Counted from the first letter of the stretch, positions 25,947 through 32,909 are shown. The stretch: DNA of 34,611 nt from Parcubacteria group bacterium Athens0714_26 (GCA_007376745.1 VMGU01000001.1:1-34611); one strand, 5' to 3'. Program-made: numbers and translations. The notes: a model not told the origin generated them from the sequence alone.

Positions 25947-26170
25947 AGGCGTCGGTGAGAATCGAACTCACGTATAAGAGTTTTGTCCCGACGAAAAATT
26001 TGAGGCCTGGGCGAGAATCGAACTCGCGTATAAGAGTTTTGCAGACTCCTGCCTTACCACTTGGCTACCAGGCCGCCTCAAATTTTATGTCGGGATCCCG
26101 ACTTTCTTATTTTAATTTAAAATAGTGCGTCGGGACAGACAAATTTACCTTACCACTTGGCTACGACGCC
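25947..26170 (-). pseudogene. tRNA-Cys-like gene split into 5' and 3' halves by a ~150-nt insert that contains a complete tRNA-Cys
   Basis: The 5' half (26170-26136) reads ggcgtcg-ta-gccaagtggtaaggt. The 3' half (25984-25947) reads aaaactct-tatac-gtgag-ttcgatt-ctcac-cgacgcc-t. The acceptor and T stems pair perfectly. The anticodon-stem 5' strand is not complementary. Confidence 0.6.
26003..26074 (-). tRNA. tRNA-Cys (anticodon GCA), nested
   Basis: Acceptor ggcctgg/ccaggcc, D arm gcca-agtggta-aggc (A13:A22 type), anticodon loop ctGCAaa, T arm gcgag-ttcgatt-ctcgc, discriminator U. Confidence 0.85.
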
Positions 26171-26237
26171 ACACACTCAAAATCTTATGCTGGACTGCGG
26201 CTTAAAACAACTTTAAAATTCCTTTTTAAATAATAAA

Positions 26238-26570
26238 TTAATCGCTATGTTCCAGCAAGGCTTTTTCAACGCTGACGGCATTCTCCGGCCCGTAATCAAT
26301 TCTGAAATATATCCTGGGCATCGGCTTGATACTTATTTTTTGCATTAATAAATATTGTAGCCGGCCCTGAAATTTATTCAGAATCCCCAATACTTTTTCG
26401 GATTTATCCGAAGGAAAAACACTAAAGCTGACCGCGGCGTTTTCCAAGTCTTTAGCCACATTCACCCCGGTAATAGTCACCAAGGCTCCGGAAAACTCCA
26501 TTTCCCTTACCATAATCTCGGCAAGTTTTTCCTGTATTAAACTGCCAACTCTTTGCGGGCGATGTTTCAT
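26238..26570 (-). CDS. rbfA: ribosome-binding factor A
   Basis: N-terminal RPQRVGSLIQEKLAEI is the pattern typical of RbfA. It sits immediately after infB with a 4-nt overlap. Confidence 0.85.
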   Translation of the reverse strand: MKHRPQRVGSLIQEKLAEIMVREMEFSGALVTITGVNVAKDLENAAVSFSVFPSDKSEKVLGILNKFQGRLQYLLMQKISIKPMPRIYFRIDYGPENAVSVEKALLEHSD

Positions 26571-28018
26571 CTCAATATAAAATGATATCCGATTTCTATT
26601 TTTACGTCGCCACTAAGCAATATCCCGCACTCTTTACCCTCGGTAACGCTAACCGCGTCTTTTTTATTCTGCTGAAGATTGATAATTTTACCCTTACCAA
26701 TAATATCCTTTCCTTTTTGAATTTCTATCCAGGAATTATTTTTCATAATGCCTTTTATCACCTGTCCGCCGATGATTTGCTTGCCGGCTTTTTTGCCGAA
26801 CACCGCCAAAACCTCAAAATCGCCTTCTATTTTCTTTTCATCCAAATTCTTCAGATAACTTTCTACGGCTTCTATGAGTTCATAAATAATTTCCGAGTTG
26901 ATAATGGCTATTTTATTGTCTTTAGCGAGGTTTTCCGCCGCCTTATTGGCGCGCACTCTGAAACCTATGATAATAGACCCTGTGGCAATAGCATCCTTAA
27001 CGTCGCCGTCTGCGATATCTCCCACTGATTCGCCGATAAATTCTATCCCCTGATTTTCTCCCAAGGGAATTTTTTTAATGAGCTCGCTAAGAGCTTCGAG
27101 CGACCCGCCCACATCGGCTTTTAAAATTAATCTTATAACTATGTCTTTTTCGGATTTAACTACTGATTTTTTAACATTTATTTTTGACTTGATCTTTTCT
27201 AAGTCTTCAACAGTTAACTTACCGGCCAAAAATTCTTCGCCGACTTGCGGCAAATTTTCAAAACCCAAGACAATCGCTGGGCTGGACGGATAAAGCTCTT
27301 TAACCCTTTCACCTAAAAAGTTTTCCAGAATTTTTATCTTGCCTTTGGCGGTGGCTGTAGTAATAATGTCTCCCAGTTTCAAACTGCCGTCCTCTAAAAT
27401 CACATTAACCGTAAGGCCTCGCCTGTTGTCCAGCTCTGATTCTAAAATCACTCCTTTGCCGTGGCTTGTAGCGTCATACTTTAAATCCTCTACCTCTGCG
27501 GTGAGCACTATTAAATCCAAAAGTTCGTTAATGCCTTCTCCGGTTTTTGAAGAAATTCCGTGATAGCTTATACTCCCTCCATAACCTTCCAGTAAAACGC
27601 CATTAGCAGTCAGGTCATTTTTTATCTTCTCTATATCGGCATTAGATTTATCTATTTTAGTAATGGCCACTATAAAAGGAGTTTTTGAATCTTGTAATGC
27701 CTTGATTGCCTCTTTGGTTTGCGGCTTTACGCCTTCGTCCGCGGCAACCACCAAAATACCGATGTCGGCCACATGAGCGCCGCGAACACGCATTTTAGAA
27801 AATGCCTCGTGACCAGGAGTGTCAATAAAAGTTATTTTGTTGTTATTATGTATAATTTCGTACGCGCCTATGGACTGCGTTATGCCGCCGGCCTCTTTGG
27901 CAACCACGTTGGTCTTACGGATATAATCCAAAAGACTGGTCTTGCCGTGGTCTACATGTCCAACAACCACCACTATGGGCGGGCGTTTCAATGTTTTATT
28001 TTCGGTGGCCGAAGTCAT
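26567..28018 (-). CDS. infB: translation initiation factor IF-2 (short N-terminus)
   Basis: GHVDHGKTSLLD, DTPGHEAF and TKID G motifs, with C-terminal IF2 domains. Confidence 0.9.
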   Translation of the reverse strand: MTSATENKTLKRPPIVVVVGHVDHGKTSLLDYIRKTNVVAKEAGGITQSIGAYEIIHNNNKITFIDTPGHEAFSKMRVRGAHVADIGILVVAADEGVKPQTKEAIKALQDSKTPFIVAITKIDKSNADIEKIKNDLTANGVLLEGYGGSISYHGISSKTGEGINELLDLIVLTAEVEDLKYDATSHGKGVILESELDNRRGLTVNVILEDGSLKLGDIITTATAKGKIKILENFLGERVKELYPSSPAIVLGFENLPQVGEEFLAGKLTVEDLEKIKSKINVKKSVVKSEKDIVIRLILKADVGGSLEALSELIKKIPLGENQGIEFIGESVGDIADGDVKDAIATGSIIIGFRVRANKAAENLAKDNKIAIINSEIIYELIEAVESYLKNLDEKKIEGDFEVLAVFGKKAGKQIIGGQVIKGIMKNNSWIEIQKGKDIIGKGKIINLQQNKKDAVSVTEGKECGILLSGDVKIEIGYHFILR

Positions 28019-28073
28019 TGACTAAAAATAACAGAAATAGCCGATTTTGTCCAAAAAACAGGCCTTGAAACAA

Positions 28074-28102
28074 TTGAATATTAGGTCAATTTAGCTTAAA
28101 CT
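28074..28102 (+). promoter_or_regulatory. candidate promoter TTGAAT-N17-TAAACT for tRNA-Ser
   Basis: Hexamers at 28074-28079 and 28097-28102. Confidence 0.4.
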
Positions 28103-28122
28103 CTAAAAGTATTGGTGAGGTG

Positions 28123-28216
28123 GCTGAGGTGGCCGAGAGGCTGAAGGCGGCAGGTTGCTAACCTGTTATACGGGTTTAAATCCGTATCGAGAGTTCGAAT
28201 CTCTCCCTCACCGCCA
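28123..28216 (+). tRNA. tRNA-Ser (anticodon GCU) with encoded CCA, preceded by a 9-nt tandem duplicate of its 5' acceptor strand (28114-28122)
   Basis: D arm gccgagaggctgaaggc, anticodon loop ttGCTaa, long variable arm atacgg/ccgtat, T arm gagag-ttcgaat-ctctc, 3' end cctcacc-g-cca. The proximal 5' strand gctgagg gives a C2:C71 mismatch; the upstream copy ggtgagg pairs perfectly. Confidence 0.85.
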
Positions 28217-28252
28217 GATTGGCAACTTTGAACCGAAGTAGAATAAGGCTTC

Positions 28253-28969
28253 TTGGACAAAAGTAATATGCAAAAACGAACATTAACCCAAATTAAAAAA
28301 GCACTTCAAGAACTCTCAAAAAAGGGGTGGATTAAATCTAATCGCAGTCACAATACTGGAATAGGCAAAACTTTAGAGGACTATCTCGGTATTACGGAAA
28401 ACAATATTGCTCTGCCAGACTTTGGAGTAATGGAATTAAAATCTCAAAGACTTAATACTCTTTCGATGATGACCTTGTTCACCAAGAGTCCGGAAGGTAT
28501 TACAAACGCTGAAATAAGAAAACGCTTCGGTTATCCCGATCCTGAATTTCCTAAGATTAAAATTCTTCATCAAACCATCAGTGATGGTAAGAGAAATGGT
28601 ATGGGATTTCAGGCTACTATTGATGAGAAGCAAGGGAAATTATTGATTCTCAAAAAGGGCAAGCTTTTAGGATATTACAGTTTGGCGTTTTTGAGGAAAA
28701 AAGCTATCGAAAAAATAGGAGATGGGTTGATATTGGTTCGTGCTGAAACAAAAAAGATTCGGGGGCACGAATACTTTCACTATAAAGATGCTTATGTTTT
28801 GAAAGAAATTGATCCAACTAAGTTTCTTGCTCACTCAAAATATGATATCCGCTTAGGCGTTTATCATAGTGGTAAAAACGCAGGTAAACCACATGACCAC
28901 GGCTCGGCATTTCGCCTGACCGAAAAATCTCTACCACTTTTGTTTAAGATTCAGAAAAAAATTCTCTAA
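28253..28969 (+). CDS. type II restriction endonuclease, MvaI/BcnI (MutH-like) family
   Basis: NTGIGKTLEDYLGITENNIALPDFGVMELKSQR parallels the BcnI segment GQILERQFGVQENNITLGDLGEFELKGMR as I recall it, giving PD...ELK catalytic residues. C-terminal KPHDHGSAFRL parallels GPHDRGPHLRI. TTG start at 28253 has the SD taagg; an alternative ATG is at 28268. Confidence 0.75.
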   Translation: MDKSNMQKRTLTQIKKALQELSKKGWIKSNRSHNTGIGKTLEDYLGITENNIALPDFGVMELKSQRLNTLSMMTLFTKSPEGITNAEIRKRFGYPDPEFPKIKILHQTISDGKRNGMGFQATIDEKQGKLLILKKGKLLGYYSLAFLRKKAIEKIGDGLILVRAETKKIRGHEYFHYKDAYVLKEIDPTKFLAHSKYDIRLGVYHSGKNAGKPHDHGSAFRLTEKSLPLLFKIQKKIL

Positions 28970-30831
28970 TTCTTCCTTAGGACAACAATACTTTCCTTAT
29001 TCATTGTTTCCTCTAGAGCGCCAACAATATTTGTTGGAGAGTTTTTGATTGGCATTCTTTTCCCCGGAATATTTCGGACAATTATATCTTCGCAAGTAAA
29101 ACCTATCTTTTCTGCTAATTCCGCAATAATAAAGTCGGTTGGAATTCGTACTTGTTTAACCAGTCTATTTCCGACAACGAGGCAAAAGTATTTTCCTGGT
29201 TTAAGTATTCTATGAGAATGCTTCAAACATTCATTCAATCCGAGATTAAAACTCAATACATCTTTTGCCCTTGCTTCGTCTTGCTTAGCAATTTTTTCTA
29301 ATGATTCTTTGAGATAACCAGATGAAAGTGTGTGAATCAAATTTTTGGTAGCTCTACCCCCAAGGAGGTCGTTATCTACCCCAGAGGCATCATTTGGGTC
29401 TTCAAATACATCAATCCATTGGGCAGAGAGCCTAGAAAACTGTCCGTAAGCTACCGTAGTACGACTATCACCATATGGAGGTGAGGTGACTATGCAATCA
29501 ATAGAGTCCGCTTTAATTCCGTTGTCTTTTGATGAATCACCATAGATTATTTTTGTCCACGAATCCTTTTTTGCATCTTTGTAAAATTCACTCATTCCGG
29601 CGATATTTTTCTCTGTGTGTTTGCGAAATATCCCAATAACATCCGGATCATGTTTTTCCAGTTTTTCCCCTTTAACACGCACTAGTTTAAATTCCCCAGT
29701 CTTTGTATTTGAGGAATAGCGAACTGTCTCACTAAAAGCGACCATTAGAAAATTCTGAATGGTTTCATCTTTTATTTCTCGTATAGCTTTCTTTAATTTC
29801 GCAAGTTTAACGATTACCTTATCCTTAAACCAAAAATCAATATTCTTAAAATCTGGTCTTTTTATCTCGTTATCTTTAATTTTTTCTACTCTATCAAGTA
29901 AAGTGAGATATTCTTTTGTTAATTTTTGAGGATTGATTGGGGTTGTTTTTGCTTTCGCAAGAAAAATAGCTAGAGGATTAAGGTCAATACCATAAGCATT
30001 TCTCCCTATCAATCTACTTTCGACTAAAGCTGAGCCAGAGCCACAAAAAATATCGCAAATTGTATCACCCTCTTTACTATAAGTTTCTAGTAATCTTCGT
30101 CCAACCTGTGGAATAAACATTGCGGGATAAGTATGTATTCCGTGCGTGTATGATTTTGTTTTTTCACCTCTATAGTCCCAGGAGTAATCTATTTTACGGA
30201 CGTACTTCTCATCTCTTGATTGCCCTTGATCAAGTTGTGATTCAAGATTGCGAATAATTTTAACGACAACACCTCTCACTTCTACTTCATCACGATAAAT
30301 TGGGAAAAGTGTCGGATTTGCCGGCTGGAGTCTGAACTTCCCATTTTCACGATACAGCTTTTTGAGTGTTGCTTCATTGTCATCAATGACTACCACAACG
30401 GTCTGACCATTTTCTGCCACATCCTGTTTACGGATTACAATAATATCACCATCAAAAATACCTTCATCGATCATACTGCTACCTTGAACTCGCAGGGCAT
30501 AGTGTTTGCCTTGCTTTCCAATTTCATCTTTTGCTATCGTGATAGTCTCATCAGAAATTTCTATGGCTTCGATTGGCTGACCTGCGGCGATTGCCCCAAG
30601 AATAGGAATCTCTATCATCTGCTTTGCTTCTACTGTCGAGACAGCTCGTGGTTGATTGTGTTCTTTATTCAGAAATCCAGCATCTTGAAGTTTACTGATG
30701 TAATAGTGAGACGTGGAAGCAGAAGCTAGTTTAAATTTTTGCCTTATTTCCTCAAGAGAGGGAGCATATTCATGCCTTGCTCTATAAGATTTGATGAAAT
30801 CAAGGACTTGCACTTGCTTTTTTGTGAGCAT
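28966..30831 (-). CDS. fusion protein: full-length LexA-type repressor (wHTH + S24 autopeptidase, aa 1-~195) joined to an amino (N4-C/N6-A) DNA methyltransferase (aa ~230-621)
   Basis: LexA landmarks fall at near-E. coli numbering: Ala83-Gly84 in ILGAIAAGQP, GSSM with Ser119, ATLKKL with Lys157. MTase motif I is DIFCGSGS (30031-30054) and motif IV is TSPPY (29473-29484). It is one uninterrupted 621-codon ORF. Confidence 0.8.
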   Translation of the reverse strand: MLTKKQVQVLDFIKSYRARHEYAPSLEEIRQKFKLASASTSHYYISKLQDAGFLNKEHNQPRAVSTVEAKQMIEIPILGAIAAGQPIEAIEISDETITIAKDEIGKQGKHYALRVQGSSMIDEGIFDGDIIVIRKQDVAENGQTVVVVIDDNEATLKKLYRENGKFRLQPANPTLFPIYRDEVEVRGVVVKIIRNLESQLDQGQSRDEKYVRKIDYSWDYRGEKTKSYTHGIHTYPAMFIPQVGRRLLETYSKEGDTICDIFCGSGSALVESRLIGRNAYGIDLNPLAIFLAKAKTTPINPQKLTKEYLTLLDRVEKIKDNEIKRPDFKNIDFWFKDKVIVKLAKLKKAIREIKDETIQNFLMVAFSETVRYSSNTKTGEFKLVRVKGEKLEKHDPDVIGIFRKHTEKNIAGMSEFYKDAKKDSWTKIIYGDSSKDNGIKADSIDCIVTSPPYGDSRTTVAYGQFSRLSAQWIDVFEDPNDASGVDNDLLGGRATKNLIHTLSSGYLKESLEKIAKQDEARAKDVLSFNLGLNECLKHSHRILKPGKYFCLVVGNRLVKQVRIPTDFIIAELAEKIGFTCEDIIVRNIPGKRMPIKNSPTNIVGALEETMNKESIVVLRKN

Positions 30832-30871
30832 ACTGATAGTATAGATGATAATTAGAATGTATACAAGTATA
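30830..30871. promoter_or_regulatory. dyad-symmetric candidate operators in the divergent promoter region
   Basis: ATACTgatAGTAT (30830-30842) overlaps the MTase start codon and -10. TATACaaGTATA lies at 30860-30871. GTATA/TATAC half-sites are repeated. Confidence 0.35.
30838..30866 (-). promoter_or_regulatory. candidate promoter TTGTAT-N17-TATACT for the LexA-MTase gene, probably giving a leaderless or very short-leader mRNA
   Basis: On the minus strand the -10 ends 6 nt before the ATG. There is no SD. Confidence 0.45.
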
Positions 30872-30889
30872 ACTTATCCACAAAAAACT

Positions 30890-31132
30890 ATGGCAAATTA
30901 CCACGTTACAAAAGACAAAGAATCAGGTGATTGGAAAGCAAAAAGAGAAGGAGCTGATCGAGCTGCTGGTCATTATGACACCCAAGCAGAGGCAGAGAAA
31001 GCGGCAAAAGAGTTTTCTGCTAATACTGGTGGTGGTGAAGTGAGGATCCACAGTCCAAAAGGGCCAATCCGAGACAGCGATACAGTAGCCCCCGGAAACG
31101 ATCCATACCCACCTCGCGATAAAAAACATTAG
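30890..31132 (+). CDS. DUF2188-family small protein (80 aa)
   Basis: MANYHVTKDKESGDWKAKREGADRAAGHYDTQAEAEKAAKEF...GGEVRIHSPKGPIRDSDT fits the DUF2188 pattern (yhV...gW.vk.eg..ra...f.tk.eA...A...a....e..ih...G.i). The ORF-track start at 30845 is probably too far upstream. Confidence 0.7.
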   Translation: MANYHVTKDKESGDWKAKREGADRAAGHYDTQAEAEKAAKEFSANTGGGEVRIHSPKGPIRDSDTVAPGNDPYPPRDKKH

Positions 31133-31136
31133 GATT

Positions 31137-31847
31137 ATGAGTAGCTTGTTGCACCCAAGAAACATATTGAAGGGAAAAATAGTACAGATATTGATAACAA
31201 TTGTTGTTTTATTTTTTGGCCTGTATTTGGCATGCCCCACATTTAGAGATTACCTTTCTGAACAAAAGATTGATGCCAACTTTGTGCTGGGATTCTTAAC
31301 AGTCATTACTCTTATGGTCAGTATTTGGCAGAATACCAAAGATAGAAAGCTAACCTATAACATGAATGTTTGGGAGTCGGTGAGAGACAATGGTTTAGCA
31401 ATAATAAGTAAACTGATTGCAATAAGGCAAAAAAGTGACATTATCGTCAAAACTCTAAAGAGCCACCATGAAGCGATAAAGAATAAGCAAGTATTCATGG
31501 ATTTTAATGATACCCTGTCAAAAAGAGATATTGACGATGGATTTCAGATAGTGACTGCTTATGCGGATACGTATTTCAGAGAAGAGTGTGAAGGATGGAA
31601 TGAGATGCTAAACAAATTGAGTACTATGGCAACAGATAATATAAACGTAATCAAGAATTATCAGATCAATTTGCATTTAATTATGAGTGGGACTAATTTT
31701 ACAAATCCGACTCTAGATAAGTTGGATGAAATAATCGCTAATGCAGAAAAAACGGATAAAGAAATTGGTGAGATCACTGGGGAGATGAGAAATAAAATTA
31801 TCGAGAAGACAAATAGTATTAGTGATAAAATTAAAAATAATTTATAG
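31137..31847 (+). CDS. hypothetical 2-TM membrane protein with a helical C-terminal domain (236 aa)
   Basis: TM1 is IVQILITIVVLFFGLYLAC and TM2 is FVLGFLTVITLMVSIW. It starts 4 nt after the DUF2188 stop, so it is probably co-transcribed. Confidence 0.6.
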   Translation: MSSLLHPRNILKGKIVQILITIVVLFFGLYLACPTFRDYLSEQKIDANFVLGFLTVITLMVSIWQNTKDRKLTYNMNVWESVRDNGLAIISKLIAIRQKSDIIVKTLKSHHEAIKNKQVFMDFNDTLSKRDIDDGFQIVTAYADTYFREECEGWNEMLNKLSTMATDNINVIKNYQINLHLIMSGTNFTNPTLDKLDEIIANAEKTDKEIGEITGEMRNKIIEKTNSISDKIKNNL

Positions 31848-31995
31848 CGCTGACATTAAATTATTGAATAATCTACGGCACTTTGCCCCTTATCCGACTT
31901 CGGCTTTGGCGTCTCGAACCATTCTGGATGAACTTTGTAGATAACTCTTAGTTTCTGTATACTTTTATCAAGATCCTCGAATTTGAGCCGCTTTT

Positions 31996-32019
31996 TCCTT
32001 CGACTTTGCTCAGGACGAG
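31996..32019 (+). repeat. copy of the short repeat tccttcgac...gctcagga (would translate as FDFAQDE)
   Basis: tccttcgactttgctcaggacgag, related to the copies at 32969-32993 and 33018-33043. Confidence 0.5.
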
Positions 32020-32139
32020 TCGGTTCAAAGTCCCGGGCATCGTCCCCGCCAAAATTCGGAATTCAAATTTCCGTCAAAAATATGGTCGGCGCGAAGCGGT
32101 AGTAAAATAGATAAGCATCATTTTTTAAATTAGAGAGCT

Positions 32140-32775
32140 ATGCTAGATACCGATATATTTAGTAAATTTATTAAACATGCGAACGTTGCCCATCAGCAAC
32201 TTTGTGTATGGTTTTCGGCAAATAATGAATTTGCGAAACATCAAGTACGCTGGAACAAACTTGATCCTGAAATTGGACCATTTGGTCTAGAAAATTTCAC
32301 TCGGAAGCACGGGTGTAAATATAAGAATTTTTGGAGCATCGCTATCCCAACATTGCAACACGGATGGATATTGTCGACTGCACGACTCTTCGACCCAGCA
32401 TACCATCCATATGATAAGAAAAAATTAAAACCCCGAATTTGTTTAGAGTATGTCCTAATGAAACTCGATGACCAAACATTGTCAGATTCTATAAGAAAAC
32501 AGATTACCCCTCACGAATCGGTCATCAAATCATTAAAAGTTCATAGAGATAATGCTGAAACGCACAACGATGCCAATTTCACACCTACCCATATTGAGAT
32601 GGGAGTTGAAAATCTTTTCCAATGGCTAGAAGATATCATAGAATTAATCAGGATGTCTAAGCCATATCTAAATGGGTGTGGAATTATTAATATTACTTAC
32701 AACGAAAAGCTGGCACAGTGTGGTGTTGATGAAATTTTTGAAGATTTATTGCTTTCCGAAAAAAATGGGCACTGA
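32140..32775 (+). CDS. HEPN-like (AbiU2-type) protein, putative abortive-infection RNase (211 aa)
   Basis: KVHRDNAETHND contains R-x5-H with the R[DN]xxx[AST]H spacing of AbiU2-type HEPN domains. Composition looks all-helical. The gene stands alone in an accessory context. Confidence 0.4.
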   Translation: MLDTDIFSKFIKHANVAHQQLCVWFSANNEFAKHQVRWNKLDPEIGPFGLENFTRKHGCKYKNFWSIAIPTLQHGWILSTARLFDPAYHPYDKKKLKPRICLEYVLMKLDDQTLSDSIRKQITPHESVIKSLKVHRDNAETHNDANFTPTHIEMGVENLFQWLEDIIELIRMSKPYLNGCGIINITYNEKLAQCGVDEIFEDLLLSEKNGH

Positions 32776-32873
32776 CTAAGACGTCTAAATTGAGCCGTCG
32801 AGACAAGCTTCAGAAAACCCCTCAATAGCCTCACGTTAAAAAGTTTAAATCCTAGACACACCGCCAAACCTAC

Positions 32874-32909
32874 AAACAAAAAAGCCGAATGATATAAATT
32901 TCACTCGGC
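32874..32909 (-). terminator. minus-strand intrinsic terminator
   Basis: gccgaatga/tcactcggc hairpin. On the - strand it is followed by TTTTTTGTTTG. Confidence 0.5.

Noticed and set aside
25752-25958. 68-aa ORF on the plus strand.
   Set aside because: It runs across tRNA-Leu(UAA) and the 3' half of the split tRNA-Cys-like gene. The tRNA folds explain the sequence.
32020-32051. tRNA 3'-end-like string (ggttcaaagtcccgggcatcgtccccgcca) as a possible att repeat marking the island boundary.
   Set aside because: It shares only gttc-aaa and ccgcca with the tRNA-Ser 3' end. It cannot be folded into a T arm plus acceptor strand, so the similarity is too weak to call a direct repeat.
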